Assembly (NCBI GenBank): GCA_964035545.1 | Contig: OZ037773.1 | Location: 6,973,751 to 7,037,750 of the forward strand | From: Bugula neritina | Taxonomy: Eukaryota; Animalia; Bryozoa | Direction: 5' to 3' | DNA length: 64,000 nucleotides | In this document: positions 26,095 through 60,677 of the stretch, one piece after another | Layout of the letters: each line of letters starts with the position of its first letter | Position numbering within the stretch: the stretch's first letter is position 1 | Notes under the pieces: model-generated | Database searches by the model: none | What the model saw: the letters and a program-made list of their open reading frames with translations, nothing else | What the model was told of the DNA's origin: nothing | Made by a program: the position numbers and the translations under genes

Positions 26095-29000
26095 ATGAAA
26101 ACAATTGAGGCAAAAGCTGTAGTACTTGGCGCCCAAGGTGAGTCTGATTCTGATTGATGCTGGTTTCTTTTTATTTTCAACCTTAAAATTACTTTATCAT
26201 TAATTAATTTAAGCCCAATTTTAATTTAGTTATAATTTAGAATTAGTAGAATAATAATACATATTAGCAATTATAATGTATAATAAAGTTACAATTAGTA
26301 TCTCACTTGTACTCGTAGTTGCACTTACTGGCAGTGACTTACTCAAAGTTGACCAACAGTTTTATTGACAGTGTGAGTAGGGCCTTACAGTTGAGTCAGT
26401 GTTGTGAGTGAGAGTTACTGTTAGCGTTGGAGTTAAAGTTGAAAAATTTCGATTTGTCACACAATAATCTAAATTGCTTATAGCAAATATATGCAAATGA
26501 TTAGTTCAATTTCAACCTCAATTGACAGTTAATTTATAATGTTATTTCCTAGTGTCTAGTGCATCTATTGGACAAAAAGCTTGTTACAGTGTTTAATTTG
26601 CCGAAACAAATAAAATGGACATTATAAGCCATCAGCTATAAACGATATACTTCAATTTATAAAAGTAAAATTTATTATTTATGCTATTACTATAACTACT
26701 AGTATGTGTTTTCCTTTTAGATACACCAATAGTGCATCTAATAGCATTAGTATCTTAGCATTGCGTAATAATAACCATAAGAGTTCTAGTCCTAGAATTT
26801 ATAACCTACTAAAACTTATAGTTATACCAGGTCTAGTAGGCTACACTAAATACTGAGTAGTGCATTGATAGCACTTATAGTACAATTTCATTGGTTTTTC
26901 AAAAGATAAATACCCCACTTTGACTAGAGTATTGAAATACAATTTGAGTTATCTGCTGGTATTGATGGTTTTATCAGTATAAACTTCTACTTAAATTATG
27001 TTTCATTTGATTGTTAATGTGTAGATTCATTAAACTACTTGCACTGAAGGATTGTGATATGTGGCTGTAGCAGTTATATGATATTGGCCATTGTCACTGT
27101 CATGCTCATAGTGATGAAATTAAAAGGACCTGTTTCCAAATTCAGTTCTTATTCATCTAAGTTTAGTGATTATGCTGTTAGTAGCTTTGTTTGCTTATTA
27201 TTTAACAAAAACAAATTAATTTATATGACTACTAAAAAACTTGCCAGTTAAGGCTGTTTCAATTATTGTTATTTATAAAAGTTAAAATTATAATTTTTTT
27301 TCAAAAGCCAATAACTTTGCCTATTTTTGAAATTTAGGTTTTGGTAAATTCCTTTTGCCATAGCAATAATGCATTGTTTTAAACCCCACATATATCATCA
27401 TATATAACATTTAGACCTTGAGCTAAATTATAAGTTGACCTTTTCTAGGTGCAATTACTTACTTATTATTAGTTTACAGGATTATTTCCAACCACCTGTT
27501 GCATTTATGAGATGGCAAAAGCAGTTTTCACATTCAAGTATTTTATGCATTTTTATGATGGAAATCGTATATTTGAATTTCTAATCTGCATTACTGTGGT
27601 GTTTCTAGCCGTCGGAAAAACAAGTGTGGTGATGCGATGTGTGCGGAACATGTTTGACAAAGCTGTTGGCACCACCATTGGAGCCGCATTCTTTAACTAT
27701 CGCCTGTAAGACAACTCCTCTGTTATTAATTTATGTTCAAGTTTATTTGAAATTTTACTTGTTAGATTATGGGTCATTTTACTTAGTTTAGTACACACTG
27801 GAAATTTCCAGTTTTTAGCTATTTTTTACAATTTAGCTGCTAATGAACATGGGTTTTTGCTCAAAACTAGTAAAATATTAATAAATACACCTAAGCAATC
27901 AAGGTTCTTTTTAATTTTGCTTGTTTTTCCATGTTTTTTCCTATTTATATACTTAATTTGGATCACGGACCTGTACGGTTTTTTAGTAACTATCCGTAAT
28001 CCAAATTAGGTAACTAAATAGGAAAAAACACGTGAAAACAAGAAATATTAAGAAGAACCTTGATTATTTAGATGTATTTATTGATATTTTACTAGTTTTA
28101 AGCAAAAAGCCATGCTTATTACCAGCTAAATTGTGAAAAATAGCTAAAAATTGGAAATTTCCAGTGTGTACTAAACTAAGTAAAATGACCCTTATTTTAA
28201 CTTGCTAAGAAATTAGTGGTTGAATGGCTATATAAACACAACATTCGCATACAATATTTGGTTGTATTACAGAAATGTAGACGGATACCAAGTACACTTA
28301 CAGATATGGGACACTGCAGGTCAAGAGAGATTTAAATCAATGGTAAGTAACATCTCCATCTATGAGTCATAGCCAGAAGTTCTCTCACTTGAGTCATCCA
28401 ACTCTATCAACAATTTCTGCAAAGCTGCCTGTTGTTTATTTTATGTATGCTCATTAGACCAAAATATCCTGCTTATAGTCACACTCTGTTCGAACTCTAT
28501 TGGTGATGGTGTTTGAGTAGTTATTTACTTTGTCTCAAGTCATGCTGGCAGCATAGCTTGATGACTTGGTTGCTTTACAGGAGCAATTATTACTGGGTGG
28601 CTCTTTTCAATGCCGTCAATATTTACTAAGGTTCTATCAGTTTAACACAGCATGTTACAAGCTATACCAGTATCTCTGCTCCTTTCTAGTTTAAACATTT
28701 CCTTTCTTCCTCAGTGCCGGCCATCTTGTCTAGTGCTTCTAGCTTTAGTTACTACATATGAAGAGCCATGCCAGTGTCAAATACTATTTGAATTGTTTGT
28801 GTCTTAGGCGCCGATGTATTACAGGAAAGCCTCCATTGCTATTCTTGTGTATGACATCACAGATTTAGAGAGTTTCAAAGGCCTGAAGAAGTGGGTGATG
28901 GAACTCATTCAGAATGTTGATCGTCCAATATGTAAGTCCTTTGATGAAACTTTCTAACAAATGCCCTCCACTCTGTTTAATACGACATGCATGTCTGTAG

Positions 29001-29911
29001 TAAGAGATGATGTTGTGAGCACCCTCTTATTGATAATATAGCCAACCAATCAAGTTTTGGGCTTTCTTTTAATTGTACTTCTCTGATATGAAAGATTTGT
29101 TGTTTCTGATTGGCTGTTCTGTTTTGTTTTCAAGAGTGAACATATTTTGATATGTTATTTTTGCATGTTGTAGCAATGGTGTTGTTTGGTAACAAGTGTG
29201 ACCTGACAGAGAAGAGAGAAGTCTCATCGGAGTTAGCCCAAGATTATGCCGAGTCGGTCGGCGCAGAACTCGTTGAGATGTCAGCACTCACTAGTCAAGG
29301 TCAGCGATAAACTCGTTGCACTCACACGGAGTCGTAACTCCAATGTTTTAGGCCAAGTCATTACTTGAGTGTTGTTGAGTAACTCTCAAGTCTATTTGTG
29401 ATTTTGGCAAATGTAATCAAGTCATAGAGCTGCTCATGATCATAACTGTTGCTACTCCGAGCTACTCAGATACGGTGATGGGCATACATGGCACCTTTTA
29501 TAAATGTGTTTTGGTATATGATGAGTCATAGCTAGGCATAACTTAGAATCTTGTAATTATTTTGTGAGTAATCTTTGTTAAGTCTGCTACCATATATAGT
29601 AGGATATTTTTTCAGTTTTGTGTTTCAACTTAATCTCGCATCAAGTTGTAAAACTTCAATCTACTTCTCTGTGACATTGCAGTTGTTTTTTCTGCTGCTG
29701 CCCGTCTTTGCTCACAGATAGTTGTTGTTTTCTAGGAGTTAATGAAGGGTTTGAAAAGGTGTGTGAAATGCTTATATCTAACCTGGATAACACACATGCC
29801 CACGTCTATGACGGATATGGCAATAGAGAAGATCCTACTAGAAAGCGTACTGTTTCAGTAGTCGGGTCATCGGACAGTGACAATAGCGGTGATAGGCGGT
29901 GTGGTTGTTAG
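26095..29911 (+). CDS. RabX1: Rab5-supergroup small GTPase, RabX1-like, about 211 aa
   Basis: Exons 26095-26137, 27609-27705, 28273-28342, 28808-28931, 29174-29299, 29736-29911. G boxes [34 protein letters not shown]; APMYYR (Rab5/22 group); C-terminal CGC. The N-terminus [12 protein letters not shown] resembles RabX1 from recall; orthology is less certain than the Rab call. Confidence 0.88.
27771..28191. mobile_element. Palindromic non-autonomous DNA transposon (MITE), GGG...CCC termini, TTAT target-site duplication
   Basis: gggtcattttacttagtttagtacacactggaaatttcca is exactly mirrored at the right end. Imperfect arms of about 200 bp surround a short spacer, and ttat flanks both sides. Confidence 0.9.
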
Positions 29912-31070
29912 TCTAATAGCTCTACTCTGTAGGCCAGATATAAACTGCTATTCTATTGGTTTGTGATATATTACTAGTCCAATAGGTGCTGTGTTGACAA
30001 CTTATAAAACAACTTTAATTATTTAAACACATTCCACTGATGTAGGCCAAATAGTTACACTCATATTATATTTATCTTATCAATACCAGTTGATATTATT
30101 CTCATAATTTGTAGTAATATTATTGTGTTGATGATAGTGCCTGTTTGCTTACACATAGTACGATAAAATATTTTTTTATCAGTTCATGGTGCTTCTAATG
30201 TGTCATTTAATGTTATATCAGTGTTTGTATTATAATAAAAATATGAGTAAATAATATATTTGCATAAGTACTACATAATGTATTATATTATTTGTTGAAT
30301 TTTAGATAATTTTATTGTTGCTCAAATCTACCAGTATTTTCAGCTTTAAAGCTGCATAAATATTTTTAATAAATATAATGTATTGGATAGTATAGTGGTG
30401 TGGTGTTGTATATTTCTGAACTGCCTATTTTATTCTGGAATACTTGGGAAAATTGAGCACTAACATTTGACCTTAAACAATATAGTAAGCTAAATTGTCC
30501 CTATCAGTTTTGTTAATAACTTGAAATCAACCATAGCTAGCATGTTTCGGTGCCAATTCTTTGGGAGTTATTCAAGTTAAGCAGGCCATATCTATTCAAT
30601 TATCAAAATTAGCTGCCTACATTAATTAATTACCTATATCTGTGGCAAACAATAATCATAGCATTATGGCAGGAATTGCTAAAATAGGAACTGTTTGCTT
30701 GCTGTAAATGGTATTGAATAATCCTTTTTCATTGCCAAGTAAGACCTAGCATGAGCTTAATTATAATATTGATGATGATCTATATTGAAATAATTCAAAC
30801 CCAAAACTTGAGTTAAAATTGATGCAAACGACCTCACTATTTGCAGCAGTGATAGCAACATAGCTTTCTTTAATACAAGAGTTGTCTGCCTCTACTTCCT
30901 TGCTCCGATTCGGAAAAAATAGATACATCAGTGTTTGTTTTTGATTTTTGGCACAAACATAAAAAAGAGATATTTAGTAAATTTTAAAAATAAGAATAAT
31001 TAAGTTGGATACCTTTTTAAATAAAAGCTTAGTGCTGATCAGCAAGATTACATAGCTAATAGGTCAAAAC

Positions 31071-31082
31071 AAAGATGGCGAT
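31071..31082 (+). promoter_or_regulatory. YY1-like motif (AAGATGGCG) near the putative Ena transcription start
   Basis: Lies about 180 bp upstream of the ATGAG|gt micro-exon in a GC-richer patch. Confidence 0.4.
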
Positions 31083-31255
31083 TACCAGGTTTTGTTGTGT
31101 TTCCGACGCTTCCTAGAGATTGCATCGCATATCCTGCCCTTACTTTATTGCTTATGAGTTTCCAGAGTACCTAAGGATTATTGAATAGCTGAATAAGCTT
31201 TGAATCAATTTGTGCTTTTGGCTATTTAATAAAGGGCTCTCAGCACCAAAGAGTT

Positions 31256-51016
<19,761 letters not shown>

Positions 51017-54000
51017 TAAGTCCTGGTTGAAGGTGCTGAAACACGTGCCACTACACACAGACAGTCTATGGTGCTACTGACGCTCGGTTGTCATAACAAC
51101 GCATATACTACACAACATTATGACCTTGAAACAACTTTATTGACAATAGATAATTACGGTCTCGGTCTAAATATCTACAGTGCATGATATGTAGCAGTTT
51201 GAAGTTATCTTCTCTTTAAAGTTTAATCTTGCACTCAGTAATTAACTTTAGAACTTTACATCACTTATACTTTGTGGTGCCACATCTATAAATTAGCTTT
51301 GTTATCTTAGCTCCTATAATAACGTGCCTGTAGCTCAACTCCTTTCGTCAACTGTTCATTTTATAGAAAGGGAACAATTGGAGTTGCCCAGCTATATAGC
51401 TTTACTCCGCACAAATCTGTATATTATATTTCTTTGAGCTGCATGCTTCATGGTTTTCTGGCTATGACGGACAGGAAGTCCTTTATCGATACTTCTGTTC
51501 CTTTCACTCACTCCACTTTATTTATTTCTTTTGAAATTTTATAAATTTTCACAATAGGTCGTGGAATATTTTTATCTCACCTTAGACTCTGTGCAATAGG
51601 TGAACTCTCCCTTCATGGTATTTGTATTTACTCTCCTCCGTATTGTTGAGCAGTATCTGGAATTTCTGTGAAGTCACGGTGTTATGCACTTGAATTTTTT
51701 ATGGCATTTTATTATATAGTAATATATACATTATATATCTTTTAATTTAGCATTCTGTAACAGTGGACAATTTGTATATTAAATATTATAACACTGTTAC
51801 CTTTAAATACAGTCTAAATAGGTTTTATAATGTAATATGTTTTTGCATGCACTTTCATTCATACTTGTTATTATACTCGATATGGGAATTGGATGATGTA
51901 TTTCAAGTTTATGTGTGTCGTACATAATAAATCATGCTTGTAATTATTGTTCAAAAATATACCAACTGGATAAACTCCTTTCATTTTTACTTTCCTTTAT
52001 ACAACAGGTAGTGGAGTTGTGCTCCCATGATTGTTGTTCCATATTTTGTTGAACCGGTTGTAATAAACATTAGTTAGCTCGAAGTTAAGTGATACATAAC
52101 TATCCATGTATTAACCAAAGGGATAAGAAAAATATTATACATTACTAGTCTGGCAGAACTGGGGGTTAGGTTCGCAATCTCGGATAAAGTTTTTTTCTCC
52201 TGATTATTTATCTTGAGGGTCCAGGTAAACGTTTCCAGGTGGGTGTGGACCTGCCACCTTTGAGCATTTTGAGAAATCCAAGATGGCCGCCAATTATGAA
52301 AAAATCGTAATCTAGTAGGCAGGTAATTTTATAATTAGTCTGAATAATAGATGGTTGGTCATACAGTAGCATACTAATGAGCTAGGCATGAGTCAATTAC
52401 CTATCACAGAGATATTCTACCTGCAAACAGGGCTATAAATAACATCTTCATACATATTACAATGTGTTTACATTATTCTACATTTACATTGTATACGTAA
52501 GAATATTAGATTACACTGAGTCAATGAACTTGTTTCTTGTTAGTTTTATAAAATACAAAGATTGACTATAAATAGACACTTTCAATTATAGTTTTTCAAA
52601 ATACCTTCCATCTATTTTATCTTGAGATGAGCAATTAGGTTTAATATAGTAGTAAAATATACAACTTGTATAACAAATACGGCTTAGCTCTATAATTTTT
52701 ACAGTGTAGACGGTTATTTGTACAGGACTATAGCTGGTGACACATTATTTTCTATAATTGTCTATTTTCCAGTTGTCTATTGTCCATTTTCCAAATAAGT
52801 GTTTTCCAATTGACATTTTCGAAATGTCGTGGATTCCTATAGCCAGCCAGGTGAGGAAAATACTCCATACACAGCTGGAGATACCTCATTATATACTCAA
52901 CATTATGCATGCATGTATATATCTTTCAATGGTGACTAATGCATAATAGTTATTACTTATTAGTGATAGTTTGTAGACAATAATAGTATTGTGATCTGCT
53001 AGTTTTACATCTTCTAGCTGTACTATACGCAGGTTTTAGATGTTACAATAGGCAGCTACCTGCACTATAAACTGACTGTGACCACCTTTCAGAAATTTGT
53101 TAGTGAACTTGCATTCACTTTAGTTAGGCTTTAGGAGTTTTTAAACTGCACAAAGTACTATGTGATACTAGTAAGCAGTGTGTATGGAAAGTTTCAATAT
53201 CTGCAGTTTCCTTATAATATTATAACTTGACTGTATAATAAACACTTGAATTCCAACTAACAACAGTATAACTGACACCCTCAATGTTGTTAGTTGATAA
53301 TGCGGCCTTGGTATCGTATGTCAACACAATTGGCTTCAGTGTGTAAATAATAAATTTGCTAAAGAATAAAACATATACAATGACTAACAATGGTGCTTAA
53401 TTACGATACAGTAATGCTTTATTCGAAACCAGAGGTTACGGCTTGGTTATACATGTAGATAGCTGATAGCACGTAGTACGCACTAGTGTACCTTATCTCT
53501 CCTTTATAACTGGTTCATAAGATCAGGTTCACTGGCTACTAGCACCTGTAATATTATATGCATACACACAGTAAAATATCTTGAGCATCTAACTTGATAA
53601 CTCCTATACCAGGCTATTGATAAAAGGTAAGCTAGTAATCATCTTTCATGTATTTGCTATCTAATTCTACGTCAAGAATTCTACCAGTAGCTGTGCCTTA
53701 AAAACTATACACTAAGTAAATTTTTTTGAATACTACAACTGTATAGCATTTTGTGTATAACACAGTGTGTTCTACAGACAAATAACAGCTTTAAAAGGTC
53801 TATAATTAAACATGCTTGAAATAAAAATAAACAATTATAGTTTAAAAAATAGTGCCGCAGTACTGTGTATTGGAAGAGGTAGGTGCAGTATAACATAGAT
53901 ATTAAGAAAAGCCATTGTCTTAGATAAATAATGTAGCAAAAGAAATTACGATCTTTCTGGTGGCCCAAATGGAAAGTTATTTAGAAAATTAAAAACTTAG

Positions 54001-56569
54001 GCTTTTGAAATTCTGCTGTTAATACTAAAGTATAATGCAATACTATATTAAAGTATAATGTAGCACTATATTACAGTATAATCTAATACTATATGGCAGT
54101 ATAATATAATATCATACTGAAGTATAATATATACAACTTTAATACTCTCCAAAACGATATTCAATATAGATTGCTAAAAGTTAAACCACATGCAAGCTTA
54201 TGCAATTCCAAATATAAATATTAGTAAAATAATTTTCTTAATGTAGATTGTACAAATCCATACTGATTTACATGCAACTCGCACCTTTTGACATAACAAA
54301 ACCTATTTATAACCATTACTATACATGTGTGTTTTTATAGTGATTGATTAATGCCAATAGCTGTGTTATAGTAAAAACTGGCATGTGGTTATGCTATGAA
54401 GTATAATATTATTTCCTAAACAATAAAACATACTATTAATGTTGGTATTCCCAATTTGTTAACCTCTAGTAGTAGTTATAGCATTCTTTGAAATTGTAAC
54501 ATCAAGTGTTGGTCAGGTGTTAATTATCCCCTCCATCCATGCAAATGAATTGTTGTTCAATATTTATTGTTTTGATTTGTATCAGTTGTTGTTGATGATA
54601 ACCTTATACTTCTCTATTATATTATATAATATTCTATAATTACTCTATAATTAACTTTGAAAACTCAAATACAGTAGAATTCTAGCCAAAAGTTGCATAC
54701 AATAGAATTGAAATGCATATCAAAACAGTTAATGATTTTGAAACATTGCATGATATGGCCCATATTTTCAACATGGCCTTACAATTAGTGTTTTAGAGTG
54801 GCATTGCAATATTGGATATTATTATATCAGTGGTTTAATATTAAATAGGTATGCTAAGTAAAAAGCAAACATTTGTATTTGAACTTACAACTAGTTATAT
54901 ATCACCATGTAAACACAGTGCATTGCCTAGCATACAGCATATCTGTAGGGAATATAAATATAGGCTCTAAGTGGGCGGATTTCCTTCAGCTTTGAATATA
55001 CTTATGCATATTGTTTAAGGCAAGTTATGCTTTAGTAGTCCTACAATGATGTCTTTTGTATCACAGCTTTACTCATAGAAATCACTCGCTATAAGCTAAA
55101 AGAACTCATTTTTAGCTCAGGAAAGTGCAGGTCTGCTGTGCTATGAATATTTGATAGTTTGAGAAGTTGCCCACTTTTCAAATAAACCAGTAGGTTTCTG
55201 TATGAATTCAAAGATATGAATTCGTTGCTTAGAAAAGAGGCTTATGTGAAAAACAGCCCAATTTTCTGTATGTAATAAAGATATGCATTTACAAGTTAAA
55301 AAGATAAGATGGGGAGATAATTTACACTCTGAGGGAGAAAAAAAAAGCCAGCCAGTATAGCTTCATGCAGGCTCAACACAGTATCTAACACTTGATCTTA
55401 TGCAGCAATAAAAATCGACATTTTCAACCTGCACTTCAAAAGAGATGTGAATCTAAGATAAGAAATGAAGTGTTACATATGTATATATGACTGCGCTGTA
55501 AAGTCACAAACTGTTCATGCTATAATGCATGTCTGCTTCAAAACTTGCGAAATACTTCACCCTAATATAGTTGCCTATGCATCTAAAATTTAATAAAATG
55601 AAATGAAAGCAGCTAACTTTTCAGCGAGAAAGTCTTTAGGGGGGGGGGGGGGGGGGGCTCCCCTTAAACAGAGACGACTGTTGGATGAGATGATATGTAT
55701 CCCAAAATATTCTGTTTGTTGAGTCACAGCGTGAATTCTTTCATAGAAATGGCGGAAAAACCTTATGCTGTCCCAACAACTCAAATTCTATCACCAAACC
55801 TAATTTTAGCTCTGGCAGTTATTTTCCTCAAACATAGCTTAAAATTACCCAATGACCTTCATCAGATTTACACCACCCCTTCCCCCCAATACATACTTTG
55901 CGGTGACTTTTTATTAAATAATAGCATATAAAACTAATCATCCTGTAGGTCTACTCATAAATGTTGAACATGTGTTACAAGCAGGTATTTAAAACTTTGC
56001 TTGGACGATTGGAGTAGTAATTTATAGATTTATTTATGAATGGACAGCACATGGTACAAATATTCAATACAATCAATACTAGACTGAAAAGCTAACCATC
56101 CAAATTCTAAACTGTTTATTTCAAGTTAAGTAATGAATTTTCTCTCTACCTTGTTAAAGCATTGAATGAAACTAGGGTATAATTCCAGGTTCATAGCAAT
56201 GCACGAAACATAATACAATTAGTAACTGCTGTAGATTGTGTATAACACATTATAAATATTACGTATGATATTCTTAACTGCAAACTCATTATCACTCTAA
56301 TAGAATAAAGAGTATGGATAGCCCCAGGGTCTAATTCCACACATTCCCATCTATGTACAATTCTCTCCCTTGGAAACTCCTAACATAGCTATTCATCCGA
56401 AACTATTAGCAGTTAATAACACTTATTGTAGCAGTAGTGAAGAAGACTCATATGTTTTGATTGTTTTATTACCTAAAGTAGTAGGTAGAGTGTGCAACAG
56501 AAAAGCTTACACAACACTTATCAATAACACTTGTAAGAATCCTTGGTTACCAGCTAAGTTAATAGTGAG

Positions 56570-56712
56570 TATATACTACTACTACTATATACTACTACTA
56601 CTATATACTACTACTACTATATACTACTACTACTATATACTACTACTACTACCACTACCACTACCACTACCACTACCACTACCACTACCACTACTACTAC
56701 TACTATATAGTA
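56570..56712. repeat. (TAC)n/(TACCAC)n microsatellite
   Basis: Directly visible. Confidence 0.9.
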
Positions 56713-57463
56713 TATATTAACTGTTCATGTTTGTAGTGTTACCAGTTTACATATAATGTGTTATACAGGCGGTTTAGCTTATTTAAAGCAGGAACAAAAT
56801 ATATTACCTACATTTTTTGGGGTTGGATCATCTAAAATATTCATTTTAGATGGTACAACATTTTGTAATTTAATTTGAAAAATTTTGGTTGAAACCAAAA
56901 GAAGTTCAAAATTATTTTTCTAGCTCCAACCAGCTCTTACACATCCTGGTATAAGTCTAGTATTTCAGATGCATTATATTACATAGTAATAAGAACAGAG
57001 CCATGCATGTTATATCAAAAGGTAAAATGCAAAATCTCATCAGTTTTGTTCTTTTTTGATTTTATTTACTTACTTTTTACAACTAAAAGCTTCTCACTAG
57101 GTTTTCAAATATTTTACAAGACATTTGACACCATGTGCAATTTTACTTGTGCTTGTATTATGTAATTATGTTTTGACAGTATCACTGAAGTATAAAAATT
57201 GAAAACCACACCGATGTAAAAGTTTGTAAATAGCTTTGTTTGTTGAAATAAAATTGTAGCTATATAGCTTTGTACAGCTATTTTATTTTGCTTCAACACA
57301 CAGGAGAAAAGAGGATGTCACAGTAATTAGTGACCATCCTTTTTATTAGTTAAAGTTATACCTTTCAGGAAGTAACTTGCTAGTAACAGTACTACTCCAA
57401 CTAAACATATTTTCAGGTATACACCTGTCTCTACTTCTTCCTGTAGAATAAAGTCCCAACCAA

Positions 57464-59697
57464 ATGATGGAAGAAACTCAGCAAACCTCAACTACTACAA
57501 CATCTGTGACTGTGAACACAGCTTATCCTACTAGTTGGCAGGGGATCCTAAAGATAGTTAAATGTGTGAGTATATAGTATACATGTTACTCTTTAGAGGT
57601 AGGTGAAGTAATGGAGAAATTGAGAAAGGCCTGTGTTCTAGATTAGAAATTTAACAAAAGACGTTATTTTAGTAGTAATAGCTTAGTTTTTGCTAACTTT
57701 TCACATGCTATAGTATTGTGAACTGTTGGGTAAATTTTTATTAATTTGAGAAGGAAGAGCTGTTAATGTGCTGGGGTCAGCTAGTTCAAGTAAACAATGA
57801 TAAACAAAATGAAAGGAGTCAACTTTCATTGAAAAGAATACAGTTTTTCGTCAGAATTGCTTTACCACTTCTTATATTTAGTGAGTTTCCACAGTTTAGT
57901 TGGCTAGTGATGCACGACTACTAGGAAACTGTGTTACGTGCTGTACTAGGTAACCATTTTATTTACTTATTTCTTATACAGCTACAATACCTATACAACT
58001 ATAATACTTATGCACTATACTACTTATACACTATACTACTTATACACTATACTACTTATACACTATAATACTTATACACTATACTACTTATACACTATAC
58101 TACTTATACACTATACTACTACCTATACACTATACTACTTATACACTATACTACTTATACACTATACTACTTATACACTATACTACTTATACACTATTAT
58201 ACTACCTATACACTATACTACTTATACACTATACTACTTATACACTATACTACTTATACACTATACTACCTATACACTATACTACTTATACACTATACTA
58301 CTTATACACTATACTACCTATACACTATACTACCTATACACTATACTACTTATACACTATACTACTTATACACTATAATACTTATACACTATTATACTAC
58401 CTATACACTATACTACTTATACACTATACTACTTATACACTATACTACTTATACACTATACTACTTATACATTAATACTACATATACATTTATTAGATTA
58501 GAACATTTTGCCTATGTAAATGGAGGGTATGGAGAATGTCATATTATTTTGTAGATCTGTCTATTAGCCTGTATGATATGTGCAGCAGTCATCCTCAACT
58601 CAAGAGTGTATAACTATGCAGGGGTTAACTCATACATCAGTTACTGTCTGGCAGTTGCAGTTATTGGGTTTGTAGCGGAGTTGGTCATCATGATCCTGTA
58701 CATTGCTGGAGTAAGCAACAGATGGTCTACAAATGCAGTCTGTAGCATCCTGGTAAGTGCTAATCCCTTGACATTGTCCCTTAGCTTAGCTTAGTTTTAT
58801 GTAGTAAAGGGGAGGGAGATAGAGGGCTAGGGGGTCTACCACCCGACTTTGTACAAGTATTCAATCAGTGGGCAGTATAGTAGTCATTGTGAGGGATGGG
58901 TTGACATTAACCAATTATCTGATAATCAATGATGGGACATTACTCATATTCTTCAGTGTAATGACAACCAAGATGTAAATATTATAACTGTACCAAATGA
59001 TATATATTGTATTATATATGTAATATACAAATATTTAAGAAAATTTTGTGCAAACTTCTATTGCAAAAACTATCTGCGTAAATAGAAAATATAAATAGCT
59101 AGTCAATTATGTGTGTAGGGTAAAAAACTTGATCAAAACCTGCAGATATTTGTTAAGCTTTATTTGTCTGGTATAATGAGCAGTCACATGTTTTAGGAGT
59201 TTTTATAGTTCAGAACTTTTGATAAATGCATATAAATCGATATTCTTTTAAAGTTTCAATACACCAAAACTGTAAATCATTACATATCCAAAAAGACCTT
59301 TATAATCATTGGCTGTATTTGCAGTCACAATTCGGTGCACTTGGTTTTTAGTAAGATTTATTATAATGTGCTTACAGTTCCTGATTTACCACGTGATAAT
59401 GCTCATCATGATGTATGCGGCTTGCATAGTGATGACTGGTTTTGCCGGAAGAGCCAGCCAAGCGTATAATGTAAGTAACCACCAACTTTTGGGGTATGAC
59501 ACCTAATTGTTTCAATTTATCTATTACCAATATTATATAGTAGTTGAGTACTATATGGACAGAATATTTATGTGTGTGCATCGTGCTTGTAGGCATTTGG
59601 AATTCTTGCAATTGCTGGATTTGGTTTAGAGATTTACTTCAATATCATTTGGCTAAGAGGTGGACCTGAGTTGGCAGCTTTTAATGTTGGCCAATAA
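57464..59697 (+). CDS. MARVEL-domain four-transmembrane protein (CMTM/plasmolipin-like), about 165 aa
   Basis: Exons 57464-57565, 58555-58752, 59378-59470, 59593-59697, all phase 0. Thr-rich N-terminus then VNTAYPTSWQGILKIVKC (typical MARVEL Y..S..GILK start), four hydrophobic segments, AFG motif in TM4, AATAAA near 59752. Confidence 0.8.
57995..58480. repeat. 17-bp minisatellite (tacttatacactatac-ta)
   Basis: More than 25 copies in MARVEL intron 1; explains the Y/T/L ORF. Confidence 0.92.
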
Positions 59698-60677
59698 GAC
59701 AAGCCGACACATAAAATATCAACAATGAGCCACAGTTTTATAACTGTAAGATAATAAAGCTCTTATACCGTATATGGACATAAAATCATAGACTAGAATG
59801 ATTTTGGAGGTAGACATACCTGTATATCCAAACTTATATTACTTTTTCTTATCATGATATAAAATGCTATTTGTTAAAGCAATTTGTTATTAAACTGCGG
59901 AGGCTACATCTAAATTAATAATAGATAATAAACCATGTGTGATGGTGGTGTTTGTACATGTTTTGGAGTTGCGCTTCCAAATTTGTTTGCTGATGCATTT
60001 CAGAATATACTGCTTCATTTATCTAAGAATTTAATACTAATATAGGAGCATTTTTTTAAAAAACTAAAAAAGTTTTTATACTTTGTGCTAGATCTGCTAC
60101 TTTTAGTAGTGCTTCATGGTTATGGTGGTTTTGCTTGATAACACAATCATACAGATTTCTAGTTTTAGAGTTCATATTCGAATATAATTATAATTTATAT
60201 TGCATTAATTTAATGTAAATATTGGAGACAAATAAATTTATCTGTAGATTTAGTTTGGAATAATTTTGCACTAATTTAACATTAAATGATAAAACACAAA
60301 AATGGCTGAATTTTCACAAAGCAGAAGATGAACCTTATGTTTCAGTACATGTGCTTATTATAACTTATGACATTGAAGTTCTCGAAATAAGTTTGATTCT
60401 AGCAAAAAAGGCATTATTCAATATTATCTTCTGTTGCAGCAAGAGTTGCCCAATAAAATATCTGTCTGATAATTATTACTTTTGGAAGGAAAAAACTGTT
60501 TTAAATTTGAAATGTTAGCAACAGGCACCTGTTGTATGGTGAGACTAGAACTGTTGGCAAGTGCATTTGTGGCATATAAAAACAAGTACCTGTTGAATGG
60601 TGACACTAAAGATTCAGGGAAGAACTTGCAGCAAGTACCTGTTGTATTGTGACATTATAAAGAGTGCTGTGCTGTCA

